A stretch of 62,719 nucleotides of DNA, taken from positions 15,619 through 78,337 of the forward strand of contig DAINMX010000003.1 in assembly GCA_036736205.1 (NCBI GenBank). Direction: 5' to 3'. The notes under the pieces were generated by a model. The model had not been told where the DNA came from. It searched no databases and saw only the letters and a program-made list of their open reading frames with translations. The translations under genes were made by a program, and so were the position numbers. Below are positions 54,152-62,719 of this stretch, piece by piece. This DNA is from Myxococcota bacterium (GTDB taxonomy: Bacteria; Myxococcota; XYA12-FULL-58-9). Each line of letters starts with the position of its first letter. Position 1 is the first letter of the stretch.

Positions 54152-54775
54152 ATGAGAACAGCATCCATCGCCCTCGCCTCTGGCATCATCGCCATGGCAG
54201 CATCGGCGAGCGCTGCGAACCCCGTCGCACAAACAGAGGCCCTGGTGCAGGCGTTCAAGGCGGTGAAACCGGCCCCAAAGGATGGCTCTGAGCTTTCTGC
54301 CACTGACAAGAAGGCAAACACCGCCGCCTTTGCCAATCTCGATTCATTCTTCAATTGGGACCGTTTGACAGCCGACCCCATCGCTCCGCACAAGGCCAAG
54401 CTCAACGCCGAGCAGTTGGCCGAGTTTAAGGATTCCTTCAAAAAGCTCATTCGCCTGGTGGCCTATCCAAACTCCGGCTCTTTCCTTGGCCGCGCCACCT
54501 ACAAGCTCAAAGCCGAAAAGAAGGGCAAGACAGACGACGCCATCATGGAAGCGTATCTTGCTGAAGAGGACTTCGAGACAACAGTAACGTTTCATTGGCT
54601 TGCTTCCGGATCGAGCCTGCAGATTGTCGATGTCAGCTTTGACGGCGCATCGTTGATCCACGACTACAGCAATCAGTTCGGCCGCATCATCACCAAGTCA
54701 GGCGCTGACGGTCTCATGAAGAAATTGCGTACGCGCCTCGAAAAAGAGGAAAAAGCGAGCATCGCCGAGCTATGA
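54152..54775 (+). CDS. MlaC/Ttg2D-like periplasmic lipid-binding protein
   Basis: ATG 54152 lies behind GGAGGA and gives the signal peptide MRTASIALASGIIAMAASASA. The segments ..FNWDRLT.., FKKLIRLVAYP.. and LQIVDVSFDGASLIHDYSNQFGRII resemble MlaC. Confidence 0.7.
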   Translation: MRTASIALASGIIAMAASASAANPVAQTEALVQAFKAVKPAPKDGSELSATDKKANTAAFANLDSFFNWDRLTADPIAPHKAKLNAEQLAEFKDSFKKLIRLVAYPNSGSFLGRATYKLKAEKKGKTDDAIMEAYLAEEDFETTVTFHWLASGSSLQIVDVSFDGASLIHDYSNQFGRIITKSGADGLMKKLRTRLEKEEKASIAEL

Positions 54776-56097
54776 ATTGTCGAGCTCTCTGGATCCTTCT
54801 GCCCTGTAGTTTGCTCGCAAATGGCGCAGCTGCAGAGCCGCTGACGGTCGACCAGTGTGTCGAGATTGCCTTGTCACGAAGCGCTTCAATTGACGAAGCC
54901 GAAGCGAAGGTCAAACAACACGAGGCGGTGCTGGCTGAGGTCGAGTCGAGCTACTACCCCAAGCTTGCGGGCATTGCCTTCGTTGCTCCCATGTACACCG
55001 TGCGCGGCGACATCAACAGCTACGAGCGCAAATGGAAATCCCTGAATCACTGGGGCCCTTACACCTACCTCGAGGCTCTGTTGGCGCAACCCTTGTACAC
55101 TTTCGGCCGGGTGGAGGCGGGTGAAAAGGCAGCCAGCGCTCGCGCTGCGGTCGAACGCGCCCGAGTTCGCGAGGCGGAGCTCGTCGTCGCCCTCGAGGTG
55201 CGCCGACTCTACTTCCTGCGCCTGTTCGCACTCAGCATGTTGCCCGCTCTGGACAACGCCGCCAGCATCCTCGACGAAGCGCAGGAAAAGGGCGAGGAGG
55301 AGTACGCAAAGAGCAGCGGCGAGATCACTCAGGTCGACCTGATGAAGCTGTCCTATGGTGCCTCAGAGATCTCCAAGTTCCAGATCGCTGCCCGTGCAGG
55401 CGCAGCCCTCGCCCTGTCGGCACTCAAACACACGATGGGTCTAGCCGAAAGCGAGCCACTCGAGCTCGCGGACCAGCGCTTGCCGCGCCTGGATGACTAT
55501 GATCCGCCCGGCCTGACCGCCATGCTCACCGAGGCCAAGGCCAATCGCCCCGAGTGGATCCAGATCACGAGTGGCAAAGAGGCCGCAGCAGCTCTTGAGC
55601 GTGCGGAGCTGTTGGCCATGGCACCGGTGTTGCTCCTTGCGGGTCAGATCCACTGGACCTGGACACCCATGCGCGATGACTTGGAGAACCCCTACCAATA
55701 TGATCCGCATAACGATCTTTACGGCGGCGTAGCCTTGGCACTCAACTTCAATCTTGACCCGGCCCTCGCGTACGCCAAAGCCGACAAAGCGCGGGCACTG
55801 CATCAGGAGGTCGAGGCTCTCGAACAGTTCGCCTCCACGGGTATTCCGCTGCGCGTGCGCAAAGCCTACGACGAGGTGATTCGCTTCCGCGAAGTGGTCA
55901 CGCTCTCACAGGATGGCGTGAAATCCACGACCAAATGGATGGAGTTTGCGGGTGCCGCGTACATGCTCGGCACCGGCGAAGCCAAAGACCTGCTGGAAGG
56001 TCTCGTGGCATTCTTGCAGGCCAAACAGTCCTACTATGAGAATCTGCAAAACTACTACATCGCCCGCGCAGAGCTCGATTTCGCCGTGGGCCGCTAG
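54772..56097 (+). CDS. TolC-family outer-membrane channel protein
   Basis: A signal peptide is followed by LTVDQCVEIALSRSASIDEAEAKV...YYPKL, which is typical of outer-membrane efflux proteins. The sequence has a two-repeat helical organisation. The start overlaps the MlaC-like stop (ATGA). Confidence 0.8.
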   Translation: MNCRALWILLPCSLLANGAAAEPLTVDQCVEIALSRSASIDEAEAKVKQHEAVLAEVESSYYPKLAGIAFVAPMYTVRGDINSYERKWKSLNHWGPYTYLEALLAQPLYTFGRVEAGEKAASARAAVERARVREAELVVALEVRRLYFLRLFALSMLPALDNAASILDEAQEKGEEEYAKSSGEITQVDLMKLSYGASEISKFQIAARAGAALALSALKHTMGLAESEPLELADQRLPRLDDYDPPGLTAMLTEAKANRPEWIQITSGKEAAAALERAELLAMAPVLLLAGQIHWTWTPMRDDLENPYQYDPHNDLYGGVALALNFNLDPALAYAKADKARALHQEVEALEQFASTGIPLRVRKAYDEVIRFREVVTLSQDGVKSTTKWMEFAGAAYMLGTGEAKDLLEGLVAFLQAKQSYYENLQNYYIARAELDFAVGR

Positions 56098-56241
56098 CCA
56101 CACCACTCCAGATCCATCATCCAATGCTACCCGAATCGCCAGATGGAGATTTGGGGCCACAATCCCACCTTGCCCGGATCAATCGGATCTGTTAGGTCGG
56201 AGCCAATCGTGCTTGAGGCCGCCTGTGGCGGGAGGGAGTTC

Positions 56242-56640
56242 ATGAGTAGTCGCGATCGTCGGGCAAACGAACGACGGCAGGCAGGGAAAAATGTCTCGGT
56301 CGATCGGCGTCAACAGGAACGCCGTCTTGGTGATCGTCGCACCACGGATCGTGTGCCGCTAGAGCTCTGGATGGAAGAGGTGTCGGGTGACGATGTCTAC
56401 TTCCGTCGCACAGGCAACGTCTCGCCGGGCGGTGTGTTCTTCGATCGTGCGATTCCCCACCCATTGCGTACTGCCGTAACTCTGAAGTTCGCGTTGCCCG
56501 GAGACAAAGAGATGGTCGTCGCCCGCGGGCTGGTTGTGAGCGCGGCAGGGGCAAAGGATGGCCTTGGCATGGGAGTCAAGTTCATCTCCATCGAAGGCGA
56601 CGGTGCCAAACGAATTAGGTCCTACATTCGCAAGGGCTGA
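56242..56640 (+). CDS. Small PilZ-domain protein with an Arg-rich N-terminal tail (paralogue of 19883-20356)
   Basis: ATG 56242 lies behind GGGAGGG. The sequence reads RDRRANERRQ..DRRQQERRLGDRRTTDR, then GNVSPGGVFFD. Confidence 0.85.
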   Translation: MSSRDRRANERRQAGKNVSVDRRQQERRLGDRRTTDRVPLELWMEEVSGDDVYFRRTGNVSPGGVFFDRAIPHPLRTAVTLKFALPGDKEMVVARGLVVSAAGAKDGLGMGVKFISIEGDGAKRIRSYIRKG

Positions 56641-56664
56641 TATTCCCGACCAGCCGACTGCTCG

Positions 56665-57072
56665 TTAGATGGGATGGACGAGGATGTCGACAGAGACCTT
56701 CTCGCCGCCCTCGACAACTACTCCGTCCGCACACCCCACACCGATGACGCCATCCGAGCTATTGCGCGCCTCAACGAAGACTATGCGTTTTTCCCCGGCG
56801 GCGACATCTTTGAGGACAAGGTCGTCGCCAATGGTACCCTCGGTGACGGCCAAGACCTCGATGCGGGCATCGTCGGGTTTGATGTCACCGAGCATCAACG
56901 ATGAGCAAGTGACAAACACCCCATCGGTGCGCTTCCAGTCCAGTGCATGCAAAGTGAGACTCGCCGTGTCATCCGCGAGCAGCGCATCAATGCGCACGTT
57001 GGCGCTCAACATGGTCACCTGCTCGGCACCACATCCACAGAGAACCAACGCCATCAGGGTCATGCACTTCAT
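56665..57072 (-). CDS. Small hypothetical lipoprotein
   Basis: The lipobox reads LMALVLCGCGAE. The protein is 135 aa and its start overlaps the upstream stop (TAATG). Confidence 0.55.
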   Translation of the reverse strand: MKCMTLMALVLCGCGAEQVTMLSANVRIDALLADDTASLTLHALDWKRTDGVFVTCSSLMLGDIKPDDARIEVLAVTEGTIGDDLVLKDVAAGEKRIVFVEARNSSDGVIGVGCADGVVVEGGEKVSVDILVHPI

Positions 57073-58007
57073 TATTGGTCTCCAAAGGCTACGTTCACTT
57101 GAATGTCACCGCTGGAGCCGCTCGACAACGCAACCGCGATGACAGTGATGAGCACCGCCGCACCGCCGCCGACCATCGACCAGATGGCCCATTGGGGAAG
57201 GCCATCGCTGTCATCCTTGCCGTCGCCGGGGGGGGCGTCAAACCCATCGCCACCGTCCTCACTGGCACCGTCGTCATCGTCGTCGGTGTATCCACCGCTG
57301 TCACCGCTGTCACCGCTGTCACCGCTGTCACCGCTGTCACCGCTGTCACCGTTTTCTTTGCGGCCCCCCAGGCCGTCGGATCCCACGGTCACGGACACTT
57401 TGTTCGGATCCGCTTCCCCTCCGGACGAAACCTTCACACCGGACGGCAACGTCGACACGAGATAATAGGAGGCAATACCCTTCGCGGGCACCTCAAGGTC
57501 GAGACTTCCAACGTACCGGTTGCCCTCCAGCACCAAATCAACCTGCTCGAAGCCAGTGTCGCGGTCCACTGCGACAAACGCAGAAATCAGGGAGGGCTGG
57601 CTGTGCGACGGTGGGGCCACTCGCAACACCCACATCGCCCCCCGCGACTCGAGATCCACTGGCTCGAGTTCAAGATTGCTGAGCTCGTCAATTTGCTGTC
57701 TCACCCCGGAAAAGAGCTCGCGTAGCTTCGGTGAGGCATCGGGCCCCAGAGAGGACGCGGGATCCAGCGCGAGCATCCGTTCAAATGCAGCTCGGGCGTT
57801 GTCGTCCTGGCCAACAGCCATAAGAATGAAACCGCGCAGCCGCTCGCAGTCGACGGGGTGCTGAGCACCTTGGCAGGTTTGGCCAAGTGCCTTGAGCGCC
57901 TCTTCATAACGAGCCTTTTCGTACAGCCGCATGGCCCGAGAAACATCGTTGCCCGGGGCAGCAACCAACAACACCAGAAGAGTCGAGAGTATTCCAGTCA
58001 TCATCAT
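57072..58007 (-). CDS. Hypothetical membrane-anchored protein: signal peptide, TPR-like N-domain, acidic (GDS)6 low-complexity linker and a C-terminal TM helix
   Basis: The N-terminus reads ILSTLLVLLVAAPG and a TPR-like helix pair reads AMRLYEKARYEEALKAL..ARAAFERMLALDP. The linker is GDSGDSGDSGDSGDSGDSGG and the TM helix is WAIWSMVGGGAAVLITVIAVAL. Confidence 0.55.
   Translation of the reverse strand: MMMTGILSTLLVLLVAAPGNDVSRAMRLYEKARYEEALKALGQTCQGAQHPVDCERLRGFILMAVGQDDNARAAFERMLALDPASSLGPDASPKLRELFSGVRQQIDELSNLELEPVDLESRGAMWVLRVAPPSHSQPSLISAFVAVDRDTGFEQVDLVLEGNRYVGSLDLEVPAKGIASYYLVSTLPSGVKVSSGGEADPNKVSVTVGSDGLGGRKENGDSGDSGDSGDSGDSGDSGGYTDDDDDGASEDGGDGFDAPPGDGKDDSDGLPQWAIWSMVGGGAAVLITVIAVALSSGSSGDIQVNVAFGDQ
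57295..57348. repeat. Six perfect copies of a 9-bp unit (ccgctgtca) encoding (GDS)6 on the minus strand
   Basis: Read directly; the array is in frame within CDS 57072-58007. Confidence 0.95.
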
Positions 58008-58069
58008 CCGCCAATAGCTTCCCCGTAGCGCGCAAACATGTCAAGGACCACACTTCCGACAATGCGCTC

Positions 58070-58921
58070 TTGACGGCAACAGGCGAGCGCCATTTACTCT
58101 CCAACGTGGCAGGCAAAAACGATCCGAAAGCTCTGGTGGCCTCTGTCCTCGGCAACCTCGGTGCCAAACCCAACAGACACCCCGACGCGGGAAGTTTCCC
58201 GCAGCCCCCACCATCGCCTGCGGCCGACAATGCCCATGCACCACCAGCTGACGCCGAGGAAACCGCGCGGGCTGCGCCGGCGGCACCTGCTGACGTTGAA
58301 GCGGAGCTTCACGCTCTCATCAATCTCTATTTCGAGTTGGAAGAGCCCGCCGAGCGGGATGCTCTGTTCGATCAGTTGGTGAGCTACCGCTCCCCTATGG
58401 TGACCGAGTTTCTGCAGGTGATGATGCAGGAGGATGAGGACGAGTTTGTCCGTGCGGCGGCTGCGGCTGAGCTCGCCCGTCGTGGTGTCAAAGAGGGTCT
58501 CGACGCACTCCAGAACGATCTCGAGGATCCCGAAGAGGCTTTCTTTTTCGTACACGCGGTGCAAGTCCTCTCGGAGGTCCTGGGTGCACCGTTTTACGAT
58601 GCCCTGAAGATCCTTTGGCAAGATCCCAACGGTGATGCCGATCAACGGCGCGAGGCAATGCTGGGTTTAGAGAATCTCGACAACGAGCGTGCTCTGGCAG
58701 ACTTCATCGATTTCATAAATAGCACTGAAAATATCGACGACATGCCCGATGACCAGGTAGAGGTCGCAATGATGGCGTTTGTGCGCCACGAGCACACCGC
58801 AGCCCACGGCCCTCTCGAGGCCCTACGCGATCGGATCCGCAAGGCCGTCGTGGATGCCGACGAACGCCAAGAGTTGGTGTCCTTTGTTCAAGAGGGCATC
58901 GACCTTCTTGTTGGCGAGTAA
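58070..58921 (+). CDS. HEAT/PBS-lyase-like repeat protein
   Basis: The helical repeats contain DEFVRAAAAAELARRG-type motifs. There is no in-frame ATG near the 5' end, so the start is inferred as TTG 58070 or GTG 58106. Confidence 0.5.
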   Translation: MTATGERHLLSNVAGKNDPKALVASVLGNLGAKPNRHPDAGSFPQPPPSPAADNAHAPPADAEETARAAPAAPADVEAELHALINLYFELEEPAERDALFDQLVSYRSPMVTEFLQVMMQEDEDEFVRAAAAAELARRGVKEGLDALQNDLEDPEEAFFFVHAVQVLSEVLGAPFYDALKILWQDPNGDADQRREAMLGLENLDNERALADFIDFINSTENIDDMPDDQVEVAMMAFVRHEHTAAHGPLEALRDRIRKAVVDADERQELVSFVQEGIDLLVGE

Positions 58922-58959
58922 CAGTCGACGCCTCCGCCAGATCCGCCGAACCCAATCCC

Positions 58960-59826
58960 TTAGTCCTCACCCCACCGCAACTTGGCCCGCAGGGTCTGAA
59001 AATAGTAGCGCTTGGGCGATGAGTACAGACGGGTTGGGATAGGGGCAGCACGCACCGTCATGACGTCACCCTGGCGTACCTCATGACCACTTTGTCCGTC
59101 AAAGGATGCCATCACGTCGCTGTCGGATTCCAACGCCACGGTGATCGGTTTGTCCGGTGAGACCACCAACGGTCGCTGGGTCAATGCGTGTGCACAGATT
59201 GGCGTGATCGCCACGCCGTTCAATCCAGGCGTCAGGATCGAGCCACCCGCCGCCATGGAATAGGCTGTGGACCCTGTTGGGGTCGCGATAATCACACCAT
59301 CAGCTCGCAAGGTGGTAACCAGTTCTTCACCAAAGGAAATGCGGTATTGAGCGATGCGGGCCAATCCAAGTTGATTGACCACGGCGTCGTTGAGCACCCT
59401 TCCAGCAATGAGGATTTCGCTCCCTCGACACACGGCAACGTCAAGGCGCAGGCGGTCGACATAGGGGAGCTCGCCATTCAATGCCCGCGGCAGCATCTCC
59501 TCAAGCTCATCACGCGTCACATCGGTGAGGAAACCGATGTGCCCGAGGTTGACGCCGAGGATTGGCACAATCTTGTTCTGCAAAATAGACGCAGCATGAA
59601 TCAGCGTGCCATCGCCACCAAGCACAAGAATGAGCTCGGCCTCACGCTCGATGGTCGCAGGGTCGACCGCCTCCACACCTTTTGGCAATGGCGAGAGGGA
59701 ATGGTGGCCCTGGGCTTCAACGAGAAACACCGCGTTGGGCACGGCCCGCTGCGCGACAGCCAGGGAAATGAGCGCTTCGGGCGCATTGCCCTTGAGCACC
59801 AAACCAATTGTTGGACCCATGGCCAT
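58960..59826 (-). CDS. nadK: NAD+ kinase
   Basis: The GGDGT motif lies in LILVLGGDGTLIHAA, followed by VNLGHIGFLT and ATPTGSTAYSMAAGG. Confidence 0.93.
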   Translation of the reverse strand: MAMGPTIGLVLKGNAPEALISLAVAQRAVPNAVFLVEAQGHHSLSPLPKGVEAVDPATIEREAELILVLGGDGTLIHAASILQNKIVPILGVNLGHIGFLTDVTRDELEEMLPRALNGELPYVDRLRLDVAVCRGSEILIAGRVLNDAVVNQLGLARIAQYRISFGEELVTTLRADGVIIATPTGSTAYSMAAGGSILTPGLNGVAITPICAHALTQRPLVVSPDKPITVALESDSDVMASFDGQSGHEVRQGDVMTVRAAPIPTRLYSSPKRYYFQTLRAKLRWGED

Positions 59827-59903
59827 TGCCTATCACTAAGCACCAGAGCAGTACATCCAACGCCGGCGGCGTTGCACCCGCGACCAGCTTTGGATAGGAG
59901 AGC

Positions 59904-60647
59904 ATGGTGAGCAATGAACTAAAATTATCCGCCGATTTGCGTGACCTTCCCTTCGCCATTGCGTTTGGCCAGACCGTGCGAGCCAAAGCAACCGGAGTGC
60001 TGGAACTCCACGATTCCATTGGGCTGAACCGGGCATTCTTCCTCGAAGGCAGACCCCAGGGCGCCACACTCTCGCGGCTTAAAAACCCGATGGGCCGCAT
60101 TCTCATTGAGCAGGACTTGATCACCGAGCACCAGCTGGATGAGGCGTTGGTCATTCACAACCAGACCGCCAAGCTGCTCGGCCAGGTGTTGCTCGAGAAA
60201 GGTTGGGTCAGCGACTCAGGCCTCAAGCAGGTCATGGAGATCCAATCGCGCCTCAATTGCCTCAGCCTCTTCGGCATCAAAGAGGGTCGCCTCGAGTTCA
60301 ACAATGGACTCGTGCATTTGACGGATTTCACCCCGTCGCCCATGTCTTCACTGATGACTCTATACGAAGGCGTCCGCGACCATGGCGCGTATGCGGTCAC
60401 CTATCCACTGCTGGCGCAGCTCGCCTTCAACGCCATTTCACTGTCCGAGAACGCCGCGGGATTTTTGGAGCAGCTTCCCCCCGCCGAGCAAATGGCGGCG
60501 CGCCTTCTGGAGACATTCCGCTTTACCGGCGATCTGGCACGCAGCGTGCCTTTGGCCCCAGCCTCGTTGGGGTCGTTGTTGTTTGCACTGAACGAGCTTG
60601 GTGGCCTAAACATCGCCCCAGCCATCCAAGTGCCCCGCGGCACATAA
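59904..60647 (+). CDS. DUF4388-like / GspE-N (MshEN-like) repeat protein
   Basis: The N-terminus LSADLRDLPFAIAFGQTVRAKATGVLEL is followed by GRILIEQDLITEHQLDEALVIHNQ and KLLGQVLLEKGWVSDSGLKQVMEIQ. AGGAG lies upstream of ATG 59904. Confidence 0.6.
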   Translation: MVSNELKLSADLRDLPFAIAFGQTVRAKATGVLELHDSIGLNRAFFLEGRPQGATLSRLKNPMGRILIEQDLITEHQLDEALVIHNQTAKLLGQVLLEKGWVSDSGLKQVMEIQSRLNCLSLFGIKEGRLEFNNGLVHLTDFTPSPMSSLMTLYEGVRDHGAYAVTYPLLAQLAFNAISLSENAAGFLEQLPPAEQMAARLLETFRFTGDLARSVPLAPASLGSLLFALNELGGLNIAPAIQVPRGT

Positions 60648-60685
60648 CGGATCTGCCATGCACGATGCGCCGCATGTTGGTGCGG

Positions 60686-61609
60686 TCAATCGGTTTCACT
60701 GCCCCACGCTTCGGTTCGTCCGGGTCCCCGCGCCTTGGCGCGATCGAGCGCGGTCTGGGCCGCATTGAGCAACTCGTCGACGGTTTCGAGATTGCCACCA
60801 GGATAGGTCGCCCATCCCGCTGACACGGTCACGCCCCTCGCATGTCCGTGAAACCCGTGATTGGCCACCGTATCGCAGAGCCGTGCACATACAGCGCGGG
60901 CTTGTTCACCGTCGGTGTGTGGTAACAACACCGCGAAGGTGCCGCCACTGAGCCGCGCCAAGATGTCGTTGGCGCGCAGCAAGCGCCCAGCAAGCTCCGA
61001 GACCACGGTAATCAACGCGTCCACCGCGCGATGCCCTACTTCGAGATTGATATTGCGCAACCCATCAATGTCCCAGATGCAAATCACCATGGCCAGTCGA
61101 TGGCGGCGCGACCTGGCAATCTCCCGTTGGCAGGATTCAATGAACGCGCGGCGGTTGGGCAACTTCGTCAGCTCATCAATGGAAGCTTGCTCTCGGTGCC
61201 TCTCAACCGCGCGTTGTAACTCCCTCTGCAACGACTTCAGGCGCAGCTGCACCTGGATGCGAGCCACCAGCTCATCGGGTGAAAAAGGCCGCGTCAAGTA
61301 GTCACTGGCACCGACCTCAAATCCCGTGTCGCGGGCACTGTCGTCGGTTTGTGAGGTCACCAGGATCACTGGCAACACCGCGGCGTCGTGCTTCTGACGA
61401 ATCGCTCGCAGAAGGCCAATGCCGTCGAGATTTGGCATCACGATGTCAGAGAGGACAATATCGACCTCTCCAGACATGGCAACTGGAAGAGCCTTGGTGC
61501 CATCCTCGGCTTCGATCACCTCTACATCGAGATCAGCTTCTTCGATGATCTTTCGCATCGCAGTCCGCAGACTGGCGCTGTCATCAACAACGAGAACAGT
61601 AGCAGTCAC
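60686..61609 (-). CDS. Response-regulator receiver with a degenerate GGDEF domain (SGGTF in place of GGDEF)
   Basis: GTG 61609 lies behind GGGAGA and overlaps the upstream stop (GTGA). The REC domain reads VLVVDDSAS...IVLSDIVMPNLDG. The GGDEF fold is present, but the active site reads RANDILARLSGGTFAVLL. The 84 upstream codons of the tracked ORF were rejected. Confidence 0.8.
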   Translation of the reverse strand: MTATVLVVDDSASLRTAMRKIIEEADLDVEVIEAEDGTKALPVAMSGEVDIVLSDIVMPNLDGIGLLRAIRQKHDAAVLPVILVTSQTDDSARDTGFEVGASDYLTRPFSPDELVARIQVQLRLKSLQRELQRAVERHREQASIDELTKLPNRRAFIESCQREIARSRRHRLAMVICIWDIDGLRNINLEVGHRAVDALITVVSELAGRLLRANDILARLSGGTFAVLLPHTDGEQARAVCARLCDTVANHGFHGHARGVTVSAGWATYPGGNLETVDELLNAAQTALDRAKARGPGRTEAWGSETD

Positions 61610-62583
61610 CGGTGATCTCCCGCCGCATCGGGGTTGTAGAGATAATTGACATGTTGGTACAGACAGATGCGGTTTCGGCCCTCTCGCTTGGCCTGAGCGA
61701 CCGCTTGATCGGCGTTGGCGAGCAGCTGCTCGACACTTGTTACGTTCTTCGAGGGAAAAAATGCGACCCCTACAGAAACCGTCAGCTTTGATGCGTTCTT
61801 GCCCTCCCTGAAGTCTCTCTGCGCAACAGAGCGCCACACACGTTCTGCCACCGGCAGGCAACCAGAGAAATGTGTCTGAGGCAGGATCACCAGAAACTCT
61901 TCGCCACCATAACGTGCGACAGAGTCCGTTTCGCGAACCGCTCCGGAGATCAACTTGGCCAACTCAGTGAGAACAAGATCCCCAAAGAGCTGACCGTGGT
62001 TGTCATTGATGACTTTGAAGTGATCGATATCCACCAAGAGGATAGACAGTGGGTCATTGTAGCGCTGCGCCCGCAGAAATTCGTCCTTGAGCCGCTGATG
62101 CATGGCCCGGTGATTGCAGAGCCCCGTGAGATCGTCGGTAACACTGAGCGCCTCGAGTTGCTTGCGCTTGCTGTTGACCTTGTCCTGCAACGACTTGATG
62201 CGCAGCATCGATGCGACCCGAGCTCGCAGCTCCAACGGATTGTATGGTTTTGCGAGATAGTCGTCGGCACCGAGTTTGAGCCCGGTGACCTTCGAGCCGA
62301 TGTCATCTTTCACCGAAACTAGAATGATTGGAATGAAGTTATCGTCGGCGAAGGATTTGACGATGCGACACACCTCCAACCCATTCATCTTCGGCATCAT
62401 CACATCGAGGATAAGAAGGTCGGGGGGAGCTGCTCGGATCTTTTCAACCGCCTCGACGCCGTCGTTGGCAGTCTCGATCACGAACCCGAGGCCCTCGAGG
62501 GTCTCCTTCACGAGATTCCGCATCGACCGATCGTCGTCGACCACCAGAATCTTGGGTTGGCCTTCCATCTCTCCGCCGTCCAT
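61606..62583 (-). CDS. Response-regulator receiver with a canonical GGDEF diguanylate cyclase
   Basis: The REC domain reads ILVVDDDRSMRN...LLILDVMMPKMNG. The active site RETDSVARYGGEEFLVILP has the RxxD I-site five residues upstream. The start is ATG 62583 or 62568; the tracked ORF extends to the window edge. Confidence 0.85.
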   Translation of the reverse strand: MDGGEMEGQPKILVVDDDRSMRNLVKETLEGLGFVIETANDGVEAVEKIRAAPPDLLILDVMMPKMNGLEVCRIVKSFADDNFIPIILVSVKDDIGSKVTGLKLGADDYLAKPYNPLELRARVASMLRIKSLQDKVNSKRKQLEALSVTDDLTGLCNHRAMHQRLKDEFLRAQRYNDPLSILLVDIDHFKVINDNHGQLFGDLVLTELAKLISGAVRETDSVARYGGEEFLVILPQTHFSGCLPVAERVWRSVAQRDFREGKNASKLTVSVGVAFFPSKNVTSVEQLLANADQAVAQAKREGRNRICLYQHVNYLYNPDAAGDHR

Positions 62584-62719
62584 TTCCCCCAACGCCCGCC
62601 GCGCCCCAACCCCAAACATCCAACACCGAAAGGGAATCATAGCACAGCACAACGTCCGCGAAAGGGTCGGCCGGTTCCCATTTCTTTCTGTTCCATTGCT
62701 GTCCCATTTCTGTCCCATT

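Overview
This is a 62.7-kb, GC-rich, densely coding chromosomal segment with about 50 protein genes, two convergent tRNAs and very little non-coding DNA. The gene content suggests a Myxococcota or other deltaproteobacterial-type genome. That is an inference from content only: many PilZ, GGDEF and DUF4388 signalling proteins, Cys-rich lamin-tail-domain lipoproteins, a cyclase-ATPase-TPR STAND protein, and S55 and M23 peptidases. The confident housekeeping calls are ppx-ppk, a znuABC-like metal uptake operon with a co-transcribed porin-like outer-membrane protein, gpsA, a PepF-type oligoendopeptidase and tRNA-Ala(CGC)/tRNA-Gln(CUG). Further confident calls are DsbA, an AddAB-type helicase-nuclease pair, a VapBC module, YjbQ, topA, trmFO, a XerC/D-type recombinase, an MlaC-like/TolC pair and nadK. 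I found no CRISPR array, transposase, reverse transcriptase, phage block or recognisable named defence system. Seven loci merit a second look. (1) A lamin-tail-domain lipoprotein sits head-to-head with a TMEM43/LUMA homologue that is translationally coupled to a helical polybasic protein. (2) An orphan 306-aa protein has a C-terminus that aligns without gaps to type III secretion needle subunits. (3) Two decayed tRNA-Ala-derived copies and an octanucleotide microsatellite are wedged between the two tRNAs. (4) A SpoIVB-type S55 peptidase is coupled to a beta-propeller protein, opposite an M23 peptidase. (5) A canonical REC-GGEEF cyclase is translationally coupled to a degenerate REC-GGDEF protein, next to a DUF4388/GspE-N-like protein. 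(6) An MlaC-like protein is coupled to TolC without MlaDEF. (7) A STAND protein with two complementary-degenerate cyclase domains heads a co-directional run with AddAB. All functional calls come from motif recognition by eye, since no searches could be run. Start codons were refined by hand where stated.
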